Shown: in pieces, positions 48,393 to 57,362 of the stretch
Layout of the letters: each line of letters opens with the position of its first letter
How positions within the stretch are numbered: the stretch's first letter is position 1
Origin: an uncultured Rikenellaceae bacterium
GTDB taxonomy: Bacteria > Bacteroidota > Bacteroidia > Bacteroidales > VadinHA17
Direction of reading: 5' to 3'
Length of the DNA stretch: 64,000 nt
Assembly (NCBI GenBank): GCA_963818525.1
Contig: CAWFSO010000004.1
Span: 49,624 to 113,623, forward strand
Made by a program: the position numbers and the translations under genes
The notes under the pieces: generated by a model
Told to the model about the DNA's origin: nothing
Seen by the model: only the letters and a program-made list of their open reading frames with translations
Databases searched by the model: none

Positions 48393-49808
48393 TCAGTTAT
48401 TATTGGAGTTGTTTTCATCAATCTTCTCATCGGTAACCTTGATGATGTCATCCCAGATTTGCTTCATTTTGTCTGTGAAACGCCCCCCGGGACTCCTCCG
48501 GACATCCGGCTCGTGGGTCTCCTCAACTGCCATTTCAGGCTCCCTGACAGGCTCCTTCACAGGCTGAGGCTGGGGCGGAGGGGTGTGCTGAACTACCGGC
48601 TCCTGTTTCTTCTCACCGAAAGTGACAACCACCTTGTTCTCTTCAATGAACTCAAGCCCCTTCAGGATAAGACCCACGCTGGTTGCATATATCGGATGGT
48701 TGATCTCATCCTTGCCCTTGCCGCTGAGGTGGACATTGGGATGGCCAATGCGGACGTCCATGGCCGTCTTGTACTTTACAAGCTGGGGCAGGTTCTTAAG
48801 CATTGCGCCGCCGCCGGTGACGACCACTCCTGCAGTGAGCTTCTCGGCGAAGCCTGAATTCTGTATCTCGAAGTTGACGGCGTCAAGTATCTCCTCCATG
48901 CGGCTCTGAATGATGTAAGCCAGGTTCTTGAACGATATCTCCTTGGGTTCACGGCCGGCGATGCCGGGAATGGATACCACCTTGTTCTCAGGTGCTATGT
49001 CGCCAATGGCATAACCGAACTTGACCTTCAGGTCCTCAGCCTGCTTCTGAAGGATGGAGCATCCCTCCCTGATATCGGCTGTGACCATGTTGCCGCCAAA
49101 CGGTATGACGGCAGTGTGCCTGATGACATTGTCATAATAGATGGCCACGTCAGTGGTGCCACCACCTATGTCTACAAGTACAACACCGGCTTCCTTCTCC
49201 TCGTCGGTCAGCACTGCCTCCGACGATGCCAGCGGCTCAAGCACGAGACTCATGAGGTTCATGTCTGCCTTGTTGATGCACCTCTCGGTGTTGCGCGCCG
49301 AGGAAATCTGCCCGATCACAATGTGGAAGTTGGCCTCCAGGCGCTTGCCGCAGATGCCGACAGGATTGCTGATCCCTGATTCGTTGTCGACAATGTAAGT
49401 CTGCGGTATGACATGAATGATCTCCTCACCAACATCGATGGGGAGCTTGTACATGTCGGCCGTGAGGCGGCGGATGTCGTTGATGTCGATCTCCGTGTCA
49501 TGCGAGTCGCGCGTAATGTAACCGCGTGCCATCTTGCTCTTGATATGCCTCCCGGCAATACCTACAAAGACATCGGTGAGAACGAGGCCCGTTCTCTCCT
49601 CGAGGTCATCGACGGTGGTTCTGATGGCTTTCACCGTCTCTTCAATGTTTAGCACCACACCACGCTTGACCCCTGTTGATGGTGTGTTGCTCAGGCCGAG
49701 GATCTCTATGCCCCCGTTGCCGTCACTACGCCCGACGATTGCCACGATCTTCGTCGTGCCGATGTCGATTGCTGCTACTAACTGATCTTTACTGTTCATA
49801 ATTTTCAT
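48393..49808 (-). CDS. ftsA: Cell division protein FtsA
   Basis: 471 aa with an actin-like ATPase fold (AAIDIGTTKIVAIVG, VLVDIGGGTTDVAIY, VVVTGGGAMLKNL). Confidence 0.92.
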   Translation of the reverse strand: MKIMNSKDQLVAAIDIGTTKIVAIVGRSDGNGGIEILGLSNTPSTGVKRGVVLNIEETVKAIRTTVDDLEERTGLVLTDVFVGIAGRHIKSKMARGYITRDSHDTEIDINDIRRLTADMYKLPIDVGEEIIHVIPQTYIVDNESGISNPVGICGKRLEANFHIVIGQISSARNTERCINKADMNLMSLVLEPLASSEAVLTDEEKEAGVVLVDIGGGTTDVAIYYDNVIRHTAVIPFGGNMVTADIREGCSILQKQAEDLKVKFGYAIGDIAPENKVVSIPGIAGREPKEISFKNLAYIIQSRMEEILDAVNFEIQNSGFAEKLTAGVVVTGGGAMLKNLPQLVKYKTAMDVRIGHPNVHLSGKGKDEINHPIYATSVGLILKGLEFIEENKVVVTFGEKKQEPVVQHTPPPQPQPVKEPVREPEMAVEETHEPDVRRSPGGRFTDKMKQIWDDIIKVTDEKIDENNSNNN

Positions 49809-49825
49809 ATATGGTTGTTCAACAT

Positions 49826-50599
49826 TTATCTCCTCTGGCAGACCACCTGCCCCTTGTATTCCACATTAACCACCCTGTACCTGTCCCATCCGGCCACCGG
49901 CATGGCCTCGCGGTAAAAGACAAGGAGGTTGTCAAGTTTCTCTTCATAGTCATCCGTGCGGCCCAGCTTCACGGTATGGTTGCCCACATGCGGCACCAGC
50001 GTCACCCTGCCGTCACGCGTCATGCTCAGCTGGTCTATCATCTCGTTCCAGACACTGTGGCCGCGTATATAATTCACCAGCTCAAAGGCCCGTACCAGGT
50101 TCTCAGTCTTCTCCGAATCGTAAATACTTTTTCCCGTCATCTGCTCTGCATTGAATACCATGTCTATCTCGAGGATATGCAGGTTGGGCGTATACAGGTT
50201 GTGACGGCGCATTATGACACCCTCGCGGTCGATGAAGAAATCGCCGCCATAGGATGCGACCACTCTCATGACAGGTTCGCGCTGGTCAGCATAGACGTGT
50301 AACTTCCTGTCTTCGGATATAAAGACTTCTGCCACTTTCAACTCCTTGAACGACTTAACCTTAGCCTCCAGTTTCATGAGAGGGATCTCACTCACCCTCG
50401 CTCCGGTGACACGTATGCCGGTAGCCTTCAGGGCGTTCATGATGTCATCTTCAGTGACAAAGCGGTGTTTGGTGGAGTCAGCGATGGTGATCACCACCCC
50501 TCCGCAGATAGCCTCTTTCCCCTTGATACTGATATACAGCGGCGTCAGGAACAGTGCAATTCCCGTCAGTATTGTCAATATCTTCATCAGAAGGCTCAT
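49826..50599 (-). CDS. ftsQ: Cell division protein FtsQ (POTRA-containing)
   Basis: 257 aa with an N-terminal TM helix. It sits between murC and ftsA, and its start overlaps the murC stop (ATGA). Confidence 0.75.
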   Translation of the reverse strand: MSLLMKILTILTGIALFLTPLYISIKGKEAICGGVVITIADSTKHRFVTEDDIMNALKATGIRVTGARVSEIPLMKLEAKVKSFKELKVAEVFISEDRKLHVYADQREPVMRVVASYGGDFFIDREGVIMRRHNLYTPNLHILEIDMVFNAEQMTGKSIYDSEKTENLVRAFELVNYIRGHSVWNEMIDQLSMTRDGRVTLVPHVGNHTVKLGRTDDYEEKLDNLLVFYREAMPVAGWDRYRVVNVEYKGQVVCQRR

Positions 50600-51987
50600 G
50601 CGTCGCGTCCTTTTAGCATCTCTGTTATAGGATCAATGAAACGGTCGATGTCACCGGCACCTATCGTAAGAAGGAGGCCTTTATTCACTTCCGCGAGGGC
50701 TGGCAGCAGCTCCTCCCTGGTAACAACCCGTACGTTCCTGTTCTTCATCAGTCCGGCTATCATATCAGAGGAAACACCCGGTATGGGTTTCTCCCTGGCG
50801 GGATAGAGAGTCAGGAGCAGCACTCCGTCAAGCCTGTCGAGGGCCTCTGCGAATCCTTCGGCAAAGTCGCGTGTCCTGGTGTAAAGATGCGGCTGGAAGA
50901 TGCCAATGACCTGCCTCCCGGGCCAGAAGTCGCGCACAGCGCTGACAAGTGCGTTGATCTCCGCCGGATGGTGTGCATAGTCGTCGACATATGTTATCTC
51001 CTTGCCCGAATACCTCACGTCGAACCTGCGTCGGACGCCCAGGTACGTATCGAAAGCCTCGCGGATGTCGTCAGGACCGACACCGGCGCACCATGCCGCT
51101 GCCGCTGCCGCGGTGGCATTAAGTATGTTGATCATGCCGGGTAACGGCAGCCTTATATCTTTAACCGGATCACCCGGGGTGGTCAGTTCAAACCTGTAGC
51201 ATCCCTCCTCCTTCGCTATGCCGACAGCCCTGAACGAAGCCTTCTCTCCCGTACCGTAGGTGTAGATGGTGGCGTCATCCGGCAGAGAGAGCGAGGAGAT
51301 TATTTTTTCATTGATAATCAGCCTGCCGCCGTTCCTCACACGGTGACAGAACTGGCCGTAGGCTTCCACCATCGCTTCCGCAGTGCCGTAGATATCAAGA
51401 TGATCGGGGTCAATGGCTGTCACCACCGAGATAAGCGGCGAGAGGTGCAGGAACGAACGGTCGAACTCGTCGGCCTCCATAACTGTGTACCGGCTCTGTG
51501 CCAGGAGCAGGTTGGTGTCGTAGTTCTTCGCGATGCCTCCAAGGAAGGCGGAGCATTTTACCGGTGCCGTTGTGAGGATATGGGCGATCATGGTGCTGAC
51601 GGTCGTCTTGCCGTGTGTCCCGGCGACGGCAATGGCGTCAGTGTCACGCGAGATCATTCCAAGTATCTCAGCCCTCTTGTAGATGATGTACCCGTTGTCC
51701 CTGAAGTAATTAAGCAGTTTGCTCTCCTTTGGTATGGCAGGAGTATAGACGATCAGAACCTTGTTGCTCTCCCGGGGATCAGAAAAAAGCGTTGGCAGGG
51801 TATCAACGTTGTCATCGTAGGCGATGCTGCATCCCTCTTCCTCCAGTCGTTCCGTCAGGGCAGTTGAGGTGCGGTCATAGCCACAAACGACATATCCATC
51901 TGACAGGAAGTAGCGTGCGAGAGCGCTCATCCCTATCCCTCCTATGCCAAGGAAATACATCCCTTCTATGTTCGTCAGTCCCTTCAT
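50596..51987 (-). CDS. murC: UDP-N-acetylmuramate--L-alanine ligase
   Basis: 463 aa with GIGGIGMSALA and AVAGTHGKTTVSTM motifs, in dcw context. Confidence 0.93.
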   Translation of the reverse strand: MKGLTNIEGMYFLGIGGIGMSALARYFLSDGYVVCGYDRTSTALTERLEEEGCSIAYDDNVDTLPTLFSDPRESNKVLIVYTPAIPKESKLLNYFRDNGYIIYKRAEILGMISRDTDAIAVAGTHGKTTVSTMIAHILTTAPVKCSAFLGGIAKNYDTNLLLAQSRYTVMEADEFDRSFLHLSPLISVVTAIDPDHLDIYGTAEAMVEAYGQFCHRVRNGGRLIINEKIISSLSLPDDATIYTYGTGEKASFRAVGIAKEEGCYRFELTTPGDPVKDIRLPLPGMINILNATAAAAAAWCAGVGPDDIREAFDTYLGVRRRFDVRYSGKEITYVDDYAHHPAEINALVSAVRDFWPGRQVIGIFQPHLYTRTRDFAEGFAEALDRLDGVLLLTLYPAREKPIPGVSSDMIAGLMKNRNVRVVTREELLPALAEVNKGLLLTIGAGDIDRFIDPITEMLKGRDA

Positions 51988-52125
51988 TGCTTCACCAGCT
52001 ATACTTCTCAGTCAGTTTTCTAATTTATTAACCAGCTATAATATTTCGTAAGGCCTTTCATCTCTTACCCTTTTATATGTTCTATCAGGCCCCTCATCTC
52101 TTCACCAGCTTTAATACTTCGCGGG
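51981..52125. repeat. murG/murC spacer built from degenerate copies of the murG 3' end / murC start junction
   Basis: The sequence ccctcatctcttcaccagctttaatacttcgc (murG 3' end, 52091-) recurs as ccttcattgcttcaccagctatacttctc (the murC start region, 51981-). Fragments ttaaccagctataatatttcg and ctttcatctcttaccc lie in between. Confidence 0.7.
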
Positions 52126-53210
52126 CAATTACCTCGTCAGAATTTTTTATTGCCAGTCTCCTTATGTTGTCAGAAAGTTGATTTCGCTTTGCGTCGTCAT
52201 GCACCAGTGTCAGGGCCGTATTGATGAGCGCTGTCTGTGCATCGGAGTCTCTTACCAGTATGGCGGCGCCACGGTTGACGAGGGCCATGGCATTGTGCGT
52301 CTGGTGGTCCTCAGCCACGTTGGGTGACGGCACGAGGATGACCGGCTTGCCGACCAGTGCCAGCTCGGAGATGGTACCGGCGCCGGCACGGGAGATGATG
52401 ACATCGGCGGCGGCATAGGCCAGGTCCATACGGTTTATGAAGCCTGTGACAACAGTGTTGGTCACAGCCTTCTCTTCAGCCAGCTCGCGCATCCGGTCAT
52501 AATAGTGACTGCCGGTCTGCCATATCATCTGCACACCGGATGCCTCCACCTGGCCTATGCCGCCACCGACACTGTTGTTGACCGTGCCGGCGCCGAGCGA
52601 CCCGCCCAGAACAAGTATCACCGGCATGCCTGGCTTCAGCCTGAAGTGCTCCATCGCCTCCGCCCTGAGCGCATCCAGGTTGTCATAGGCCTGCCTGACA
52701 GGATTGCCCGTCAGTATTATTTTTTCCTTCGGGAAATATTTTTCCATCCCCTCATAGGCCACGCATATCTTTTCCGCCTTCTTCGCCAGCAGCCTGTTGG
52801 TCACACCGGCATAGCTGTTCTGCTCCTGTATCAGGGTGGGTATGCGCTTCCGCTGCGCCTGCTTCAGCACCGGGCCTGAGACATATCCACCGACGCCCAC
52901 AACAACATCAGGACCGAACCTCCTGATTATCTGTGCCGACTTCATTATGCTGCGGAAGAGCTTCCATGCCACATGGAATGTTTTTGACACTGACACCGCG
53001 TACCAGTCCTGCCACCGACAGCCCCTCTATCTCGTAGCCGGCCTCGGGCACCTTCTGCATCTCCATCTTCCCGATGGCGCCGACAAACAGGATTTTCACC
53101 GCCGGCTCAATGCGCCGCAGGGCGTTGGCAATGGCAATGGCCGGGAAGAGATGCCCGCCGGTGCCGCCTCCGCTGATGATGATCCTTATATCTTTACCCT
53201 CCGCGCTCAT
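52094..53210 (-). pseudogene. murG: UDP-N-acetylglucosamine--LPS/undecaprenyl transferase MurG, interrupted by a 1-nt frameshift as assembled
   Basis: The N-terminal ORF (53210..52908) carries [17 protein letters not shown]. The C-terminal ORF (52996..52094) carries [16 protein letters not shown]...GGSLGA...SRAGAGTISE. The frames switch at an A5 run (T5 on the plus strand, 52981-52985). Confidence 0.85.
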
Positions 53211-53363
53211 GTTAATCTTGTATCTTTCTCTCGCTGCTTATGCTAATCCTTGTGTCTTTCTGTCGCCGTTAATGCTGATACTCCTGTCTTTTCCTTCACC
53301 GCTCATTCTTTTCCTTGTATACTGTCCCGCGCCCCTCATGCCGGTATCTTGTCTGTCTGTTCA
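53203..53363. repeat. ftsW/murG spacer made of five degenerate ~30-36-bp tandem copies of the ftsW-stop/murG-start junction
   Basis: Units start at 53203, 53233, 53265, 53301 and 53329. They read cgcgctcatgttaatcttgtatctttctct / cgctgcttatgctaatccttgtgtctttctgt / cgccgttaatgctgatactcctgtcttttcc... / cgctcattcttttccttgtatactgtcc / cgcgcccctcatgccggtatcttgtctgtctgt. Confidence 0.8.
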
Positions 53364-54526
53364 ATCTCGGAAAGCTTCTCCTGCCGCTCACGCATGTTCA
53401 TCACCCTCGAAACACTCAGTATCGCCCCCAGCGAGAAGCTGATGACCATCACAGAGGTACGGCCCCAGCTGATCATCGGCAGCGTCTGGCCCGTGACCGG
53501 GAAAAGCCCCACGGCCACAAGCATGTTGAGAAATGCCTGGAATACGATCATGACGGTAAGTCCCAGCACCATCAGGGCCGGGAACGCATAATCGCATTTT
53601 CGCGCTATCTGTATCCCCCGGAACATCAGTGCCAGGTAACTGAGTATTACTATTATTGCGCCGAACAGCCCGTACTCCTCGACGATTATCGCGAAGATGA
53701 AGTCGGAGTTCGACTGCGGCAGCATGTTGCGCTGCGTGCTGCCTCCCGGCAGCTTGCCGAACAGCTTGCCCGTCGAGATGGCTATCTTGGCCTGGTTCGA
53801 CTGGTAGTCGGCATCGGGTGAGCTCTCTCCGCTGAAGAAGGTCTCGATGCGGTTCTTCCAGACCTGAACCCTGTTGTCATCCTTCTTAAAGACCAGCAGC
53901 AGAGCCGCAAACAGCACCACGGCTGCCAGTCCCATCCCTGCATAAGCCAGCAGGAATTTTATCGGAACACGGCCGATAAACAGTATTATCATGCTGATCA
54001 TGAAGATCATGACCGAAGTGGAGAGGTTCTCTGACATGATCAGCCCGCATACAATGGCCACAGGAAGAACCAGCTTCATAGTCACGGTGCGGAAGTTGTT
54101 CAGCTCATTCTGGTATATGGTCAGCCCCCTGGCAAGGTATAACACCAGCGCAACCTTCGCAATATCAGATGTTTGCAACCTCAGGCCAATGACGGGTATC
54201 TCGAGCCACCGTGTGGCCTCGTTGATGCTCACACCGGCAACAAGGGTAATGCCCAGCAGCACGATCGACGCCCCCAGCCCGATGGCGGCGAACTGCATGT
54301 ATTTAATATAAGGTATCCAGTGAGTGACAACAATGATCAGCAACCCGAGCATCAGCATGATGAACTGGGTGCGCAGAAAATAGAATGTGTTTCCGTGATG
54401 CGACGCGTAGGCCACGCTCACCGACGAGCTGTAGACCGACAGCAGCGAGATGAACATGAAGAGCGCGATGATACCCCACAGATACCTGTCGCCCCTGAAA
54501 AACCTTTTTACCGTCACCTGCGCCAT
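53336..54526 (-). CDS. ftsW: SEDS-family peptidoglycan glycosyltransferase FtsW
   Basis: 396 aa and polytopic. Family-like blocks are GATRWLEIP-like (EATRWLEIPVIGLRLQTSDIAK), SDFIFAIIVEEYG and PVTGQTLPMISWGRTS. Confidence 0.9.
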   Translation of the reverse strand: MAQVTVKRFFRGDRYLWGIIALFMFISLLSVYSSSVSVAYASHHGNTFYFLRTQFIMLMLGLLIIVVTHWIPYIKYMQFAAIGLGASIVLLGITLVAGVSINEATRWLEIPVIGLRLQTSDIAKVALVLYLARGLTIYQNELNNFRTVTMKLVLPVAIVCGLIMSENLSTSVMIFMISMIILFIGRVPIKFLLAYAGMGLAAVVLFAALLLVFKKDDNRVQVWKNRIETFFSGESSPDADYQSNQAKIAISTGKLFGKLPGGSTQRNMLPQSNSDFIFAIIVEEYGLFGAIIVILSYLALMFRGIQIARKCDYAFPALMVLGLTVMIVFQAFLNMLVAVGLFPVTGQTLPMISWGRTSVMVISFSLGAILSVSRVMNMRERQEKLSEIEQTDKIPA

Positions 54527-54620
54527 CGTTCTCTTTTACCTGCTGATTCTTAAATGTTTGTTACTTTCCTACAGCCGTCTGCTGTCACTTGCTCCACAGT
54601 TTAATCTTACTTTCCGATTC

Positions 54621-55958
54621 CTACAGGTTTCTTACTGCCATCTTGAACTGGCGTCCGCGATCTTCATAGTTATTGAACAGGTCGAAGCTGGCGCATGCCG
54701 GCGAGAGCAGCACGGTGTCTCCCTTGTGCGCCAGGTAGTAGGCTGATTTCACAGCCTCCTCCATCGAGGTAGTCTCTACAATGGTCGGCACCATGTCGCC
54801 GAATGCGCTGATGATCTTCGAGTTATCCTTACCCAGGCAGACAATGGCCTTCACCTTCTCCTTCACCACGGTGTTCAGCTCGGTGTAGTCATTCCCCTTG
54901 TCGATGCCCCCTGCTATCCATACCACCTCGCTCTTCATGCACTCAAGTGCGTACCAGGTGGAGTTGACGTTGGTCGCCTTCGAGTCGTTTATAAAGTTTA
55001 TTCCTGCCACCATGATGACCGACTCAAGCCTGTGCTCCACACCCTGGAAGTCTGTCAGGCTTTCGCGGATGGTCTCCTTGCGTATGTTGAGAACCTTGCC
55101 GGCAATGGCTGCAGCCATCGAATTGTAGGTATTGTGGCGTCCTTTCAACGCCAGGTCGTGAATGGTCATAAGGCTGGTTTTTTGGGTTATTTGAAGGATA
55201 AGGTTGTCGTTTTCAACACAGGCTGCCATTCCCTGGCATCTGTCAATGGAGAAGGGGTGTGAATGCGATGCGATGACACGCTTTGCCACCTCGCCGGCGG
55301 TCACCGGGTCGTCGGCGCACCAGATGAAGTGGTCGGCTGCCGTCTGGTTGCGTATCACCCTCATCTTGGAGTCGACATAGTTCTGCATCTCGTGATCATA
55401 CCGGTCGAGGTGATCAGGAGTGATATTCATCAGGATGGCTATCTCGGCCTTGAAGTCGAACATGCCGTCGAGCTGGAAGCTGCTCAGCTCGATGACATAG
55501 TAATCATATCCGCCTTCGGCCACCGCCAGGGCGAAGCTGTTGCCCACATTGCCGGTCATCGCCACGTTCAGGCCGGCCTTCTTCATCATGTGGTATATCA
55601 TATTGGTGGTGGTGGTCTTGCCGTTGCTTCCCGTCACACATATCTTGAAGGCATCAGTGTAGCGGCCGGCAAACTCTATCTCGGAGATGACGGGGATCTT
55701 CTTTTCGCGTATGGCTGTCACCAGGGGGTTATCCTCGCGGAGGCCCGGACTCTTGATCACCTCATCGGCATTCATGATCAGCTCAGGTGTGTGCTTCCCC
55801 TCCTCAAAGGCGATGTTGTGCGAGACGAGTATCTCGCGGTACTTATCCTTAATGGCGCCGCTGTCGGTCACGAAGACATCAAAGCCCTGCTTCCGTGCCA
55901 GCACCGCCGACCCTGCACCGCTCTCTCCCGCGCCCAGTATTACAATTCGTTTCATCAT
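54621..55958 (-). CDS. murD: UDP-N-acetylmuramoylalanine--D-glutamate ligase
   Basis: 445 aa with GAGESGAGSAVLA and VTGSNGKTTTTNM motifs, in dcw context. Confidence 0.93.
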   Translation of the reverse strand: MMKRIVILGAGESGAGSAVLARKQGFDVFVTDSGAIKDKYREILVSHNIAFEEGKHTPELIMNADEVIKSPGLREDNPLVTAIREKKIPVISEIEFAGRYTDAFKICVTGSNGKTTTTNMIYHMMKKAGLNVAMTGNVGNSFALAVAEGGYDYYVIELSSFQLDGMFDFKAEIAILMNITPDHLDRYDHEMQNYVDSKMRVIRNQTAADHFIWCADDPVTAGEVAKRVIASHSHPFSIDRCQGMAACVENDNLILQITQKTSLMTIHDLALKGRHNTYNSMAAAIAGKVLNIRKETIRESLTDFQGVEHRLESVIMVAGINFINDSKATNVNSTWYALECMKSEVVWIAGGIDKGNDYTELNTVVKEKVKAIVCLGKDNSKIISAFGDMVPTIVETTSMEEAVKSAYYLAHKGDTVLLSPACASFDLFNNYEDRGRQFKMAVRNL

Positions 55959-55961
55959 TCT

Positions 55962-57361
55962 CTATCGTATCTTCAGTGTCACCACGCTCAGCACCGCCAG
56001 TAATATGGCGACGATCCAGAATCGTGTGACTATCTTGGGTTCAGCATATCCTAGCTTCTGATAATGGTGGTGCAGCGGCGCCATGAGGAAGATGCGCCTG
56101 CCCTCGCCGTATTTGCGCTTCGTTCTCTTGAACCAGCTCACCTGTATCATGACCGACAGGCTCTCAATGAAGAAGACTCCGCACAGGATGGGTATCAGAA
56201 GCTCTTTCCTTATCACTATGGCGAAGACGGCGATGATCCCGCCGAGGGTGAGGCTGCCGGTGTCGCCCATGAAGACCTGCGCCGGGTAGGAGTTATACCA
56301 GAGGAAGCCCACCGTGGCACCGGCAAAGGCGGCGGCAAAGATCACCAGCTCGCCAATGTTAGGTAAATACATTATTTGCAGGTAGTTAGCAAAGATGACG
56401 TTACCCGAGACATATGCAAGTATGCCAAGAGTGACCCCTGCGACAGCACTTGTTCCTGTTGCCAGCCCGTCAAGGCCGTCGGTGAGGTTGACGCCGTTGG
56501 AGACGGCCACCACCACGAAGATCACCATCGCCATGAAAACCAGCCATCCGAGCAGCTGCTTCGTCTTCCCCTTGGCAAACGGAACCAGCCATGAGTAGTC
56601 GAACTCGTTATTCTTGACAAAGGGGATGGTGGTCTTGGTAGACTTGATGTTGACTGCCGTTGACTGTGGAATGATTTCTCCCGGCTGCCCTGCTGCCATA
56701 TTCCTGACACATCCGCTGATGTATCCGTTGACATCATCGAGGACATGTTCGCCGACGCCTCCATTGAGGTATCCGTAGACATGCTCTGCGAAACATTTCC
56801 CGTAAAACCCGCTGACACATCTGCATACATATCCGTCGACATATCCGCTGAAGCCACCGTAACACCTGCGGGAGCGCTGACATTGACCCTGACAACCACA
56901 TCATCACTGATATAAAGTGTCAGGGCCACGATAAGACCCAGGCCGACCTGGCCCATGATCTTGAAACGGCCGGCAAGGCCCTCCTTGTTCTTTTTGAATA
57001 TCTTGATGTAATCGTCCATGAATCCGATGAGGCCAACCCAGACAGTGGTGATGATCATAAGGATGATATAGACGTTGTCAAGCCTCGCGAAGAGAAGAAC
57101 GGGAACAAGGATGGATGCAATGATTATGATGCCACCCATCGATGGGGTGCCCTGTTTCCTGTACTGACCCTCGAGGTCGAGATTGCGTATTGTCTCTCCT
57201 ATCTGCCTGCGCTGCAGGTAGTATATCAGCCTTTTCCCGATCAGCACTGCGATTATGAGGGAGGTGATGACAGCAGCAGCAGACCTGAACGAGAGATAAT
57301 TGAATACTCCTGCTCCGGGAACGCCAAGTTCATCGAGGTATCTGAAGAGATAATACAACAT
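55962..57361 (-). pseudogene. mraY: Phospho-N-acetylmuramoyl-pentapeptide transferase MraY, with a repetitive loop insertion and a frameshift as assembled
   Basis: The N-terminal ORF (57361..56522) carries [11 protein letters not shown] and [17 protein letters not shown]. The C-terminal ORF (56699..55962) carries [40 protein letters not shown] and APLHHHY. The two are in different frames across an S/T/D/M-rich repeat segment. Confidence 0.85.
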
Positions 57362-57362
57362 A

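Noticed and set aside
48389-48451. N-terminal extensions offered by the ORF track for ftsZ. The same applies to rlmH (18261-18299), the GS-family gene (30484-30615), namZ (37918-37965), the TolB/PKD gene (9464-9514) and the two small plus-strand genes at 3291 and 18341.
   Set aside because: The extensions overlap the upstream gene or lack signal-peptide or family homology. Internal Met codons give the canonical N-termini (signal peptides, conserved first motifs) and tight operon spacing.
48024-48857. A 277-aa plus-strand ORF spanning the ftsZ/ftsA junction.
   Set aside because: It is antisense to two strongly supported cell-division genes, and its composition mirrors their Gly/Thr-rich motifs.
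55263-56003. A 246-aa plus-strand ORF opposite murD.
   Set aside because: It lies entirely antisense to a confidently identified murD. Its sequence is low-complexity His/Gly/Leu-rich and resembles no family, which is typical of spurious ORFs in GC-rich coding DNA.
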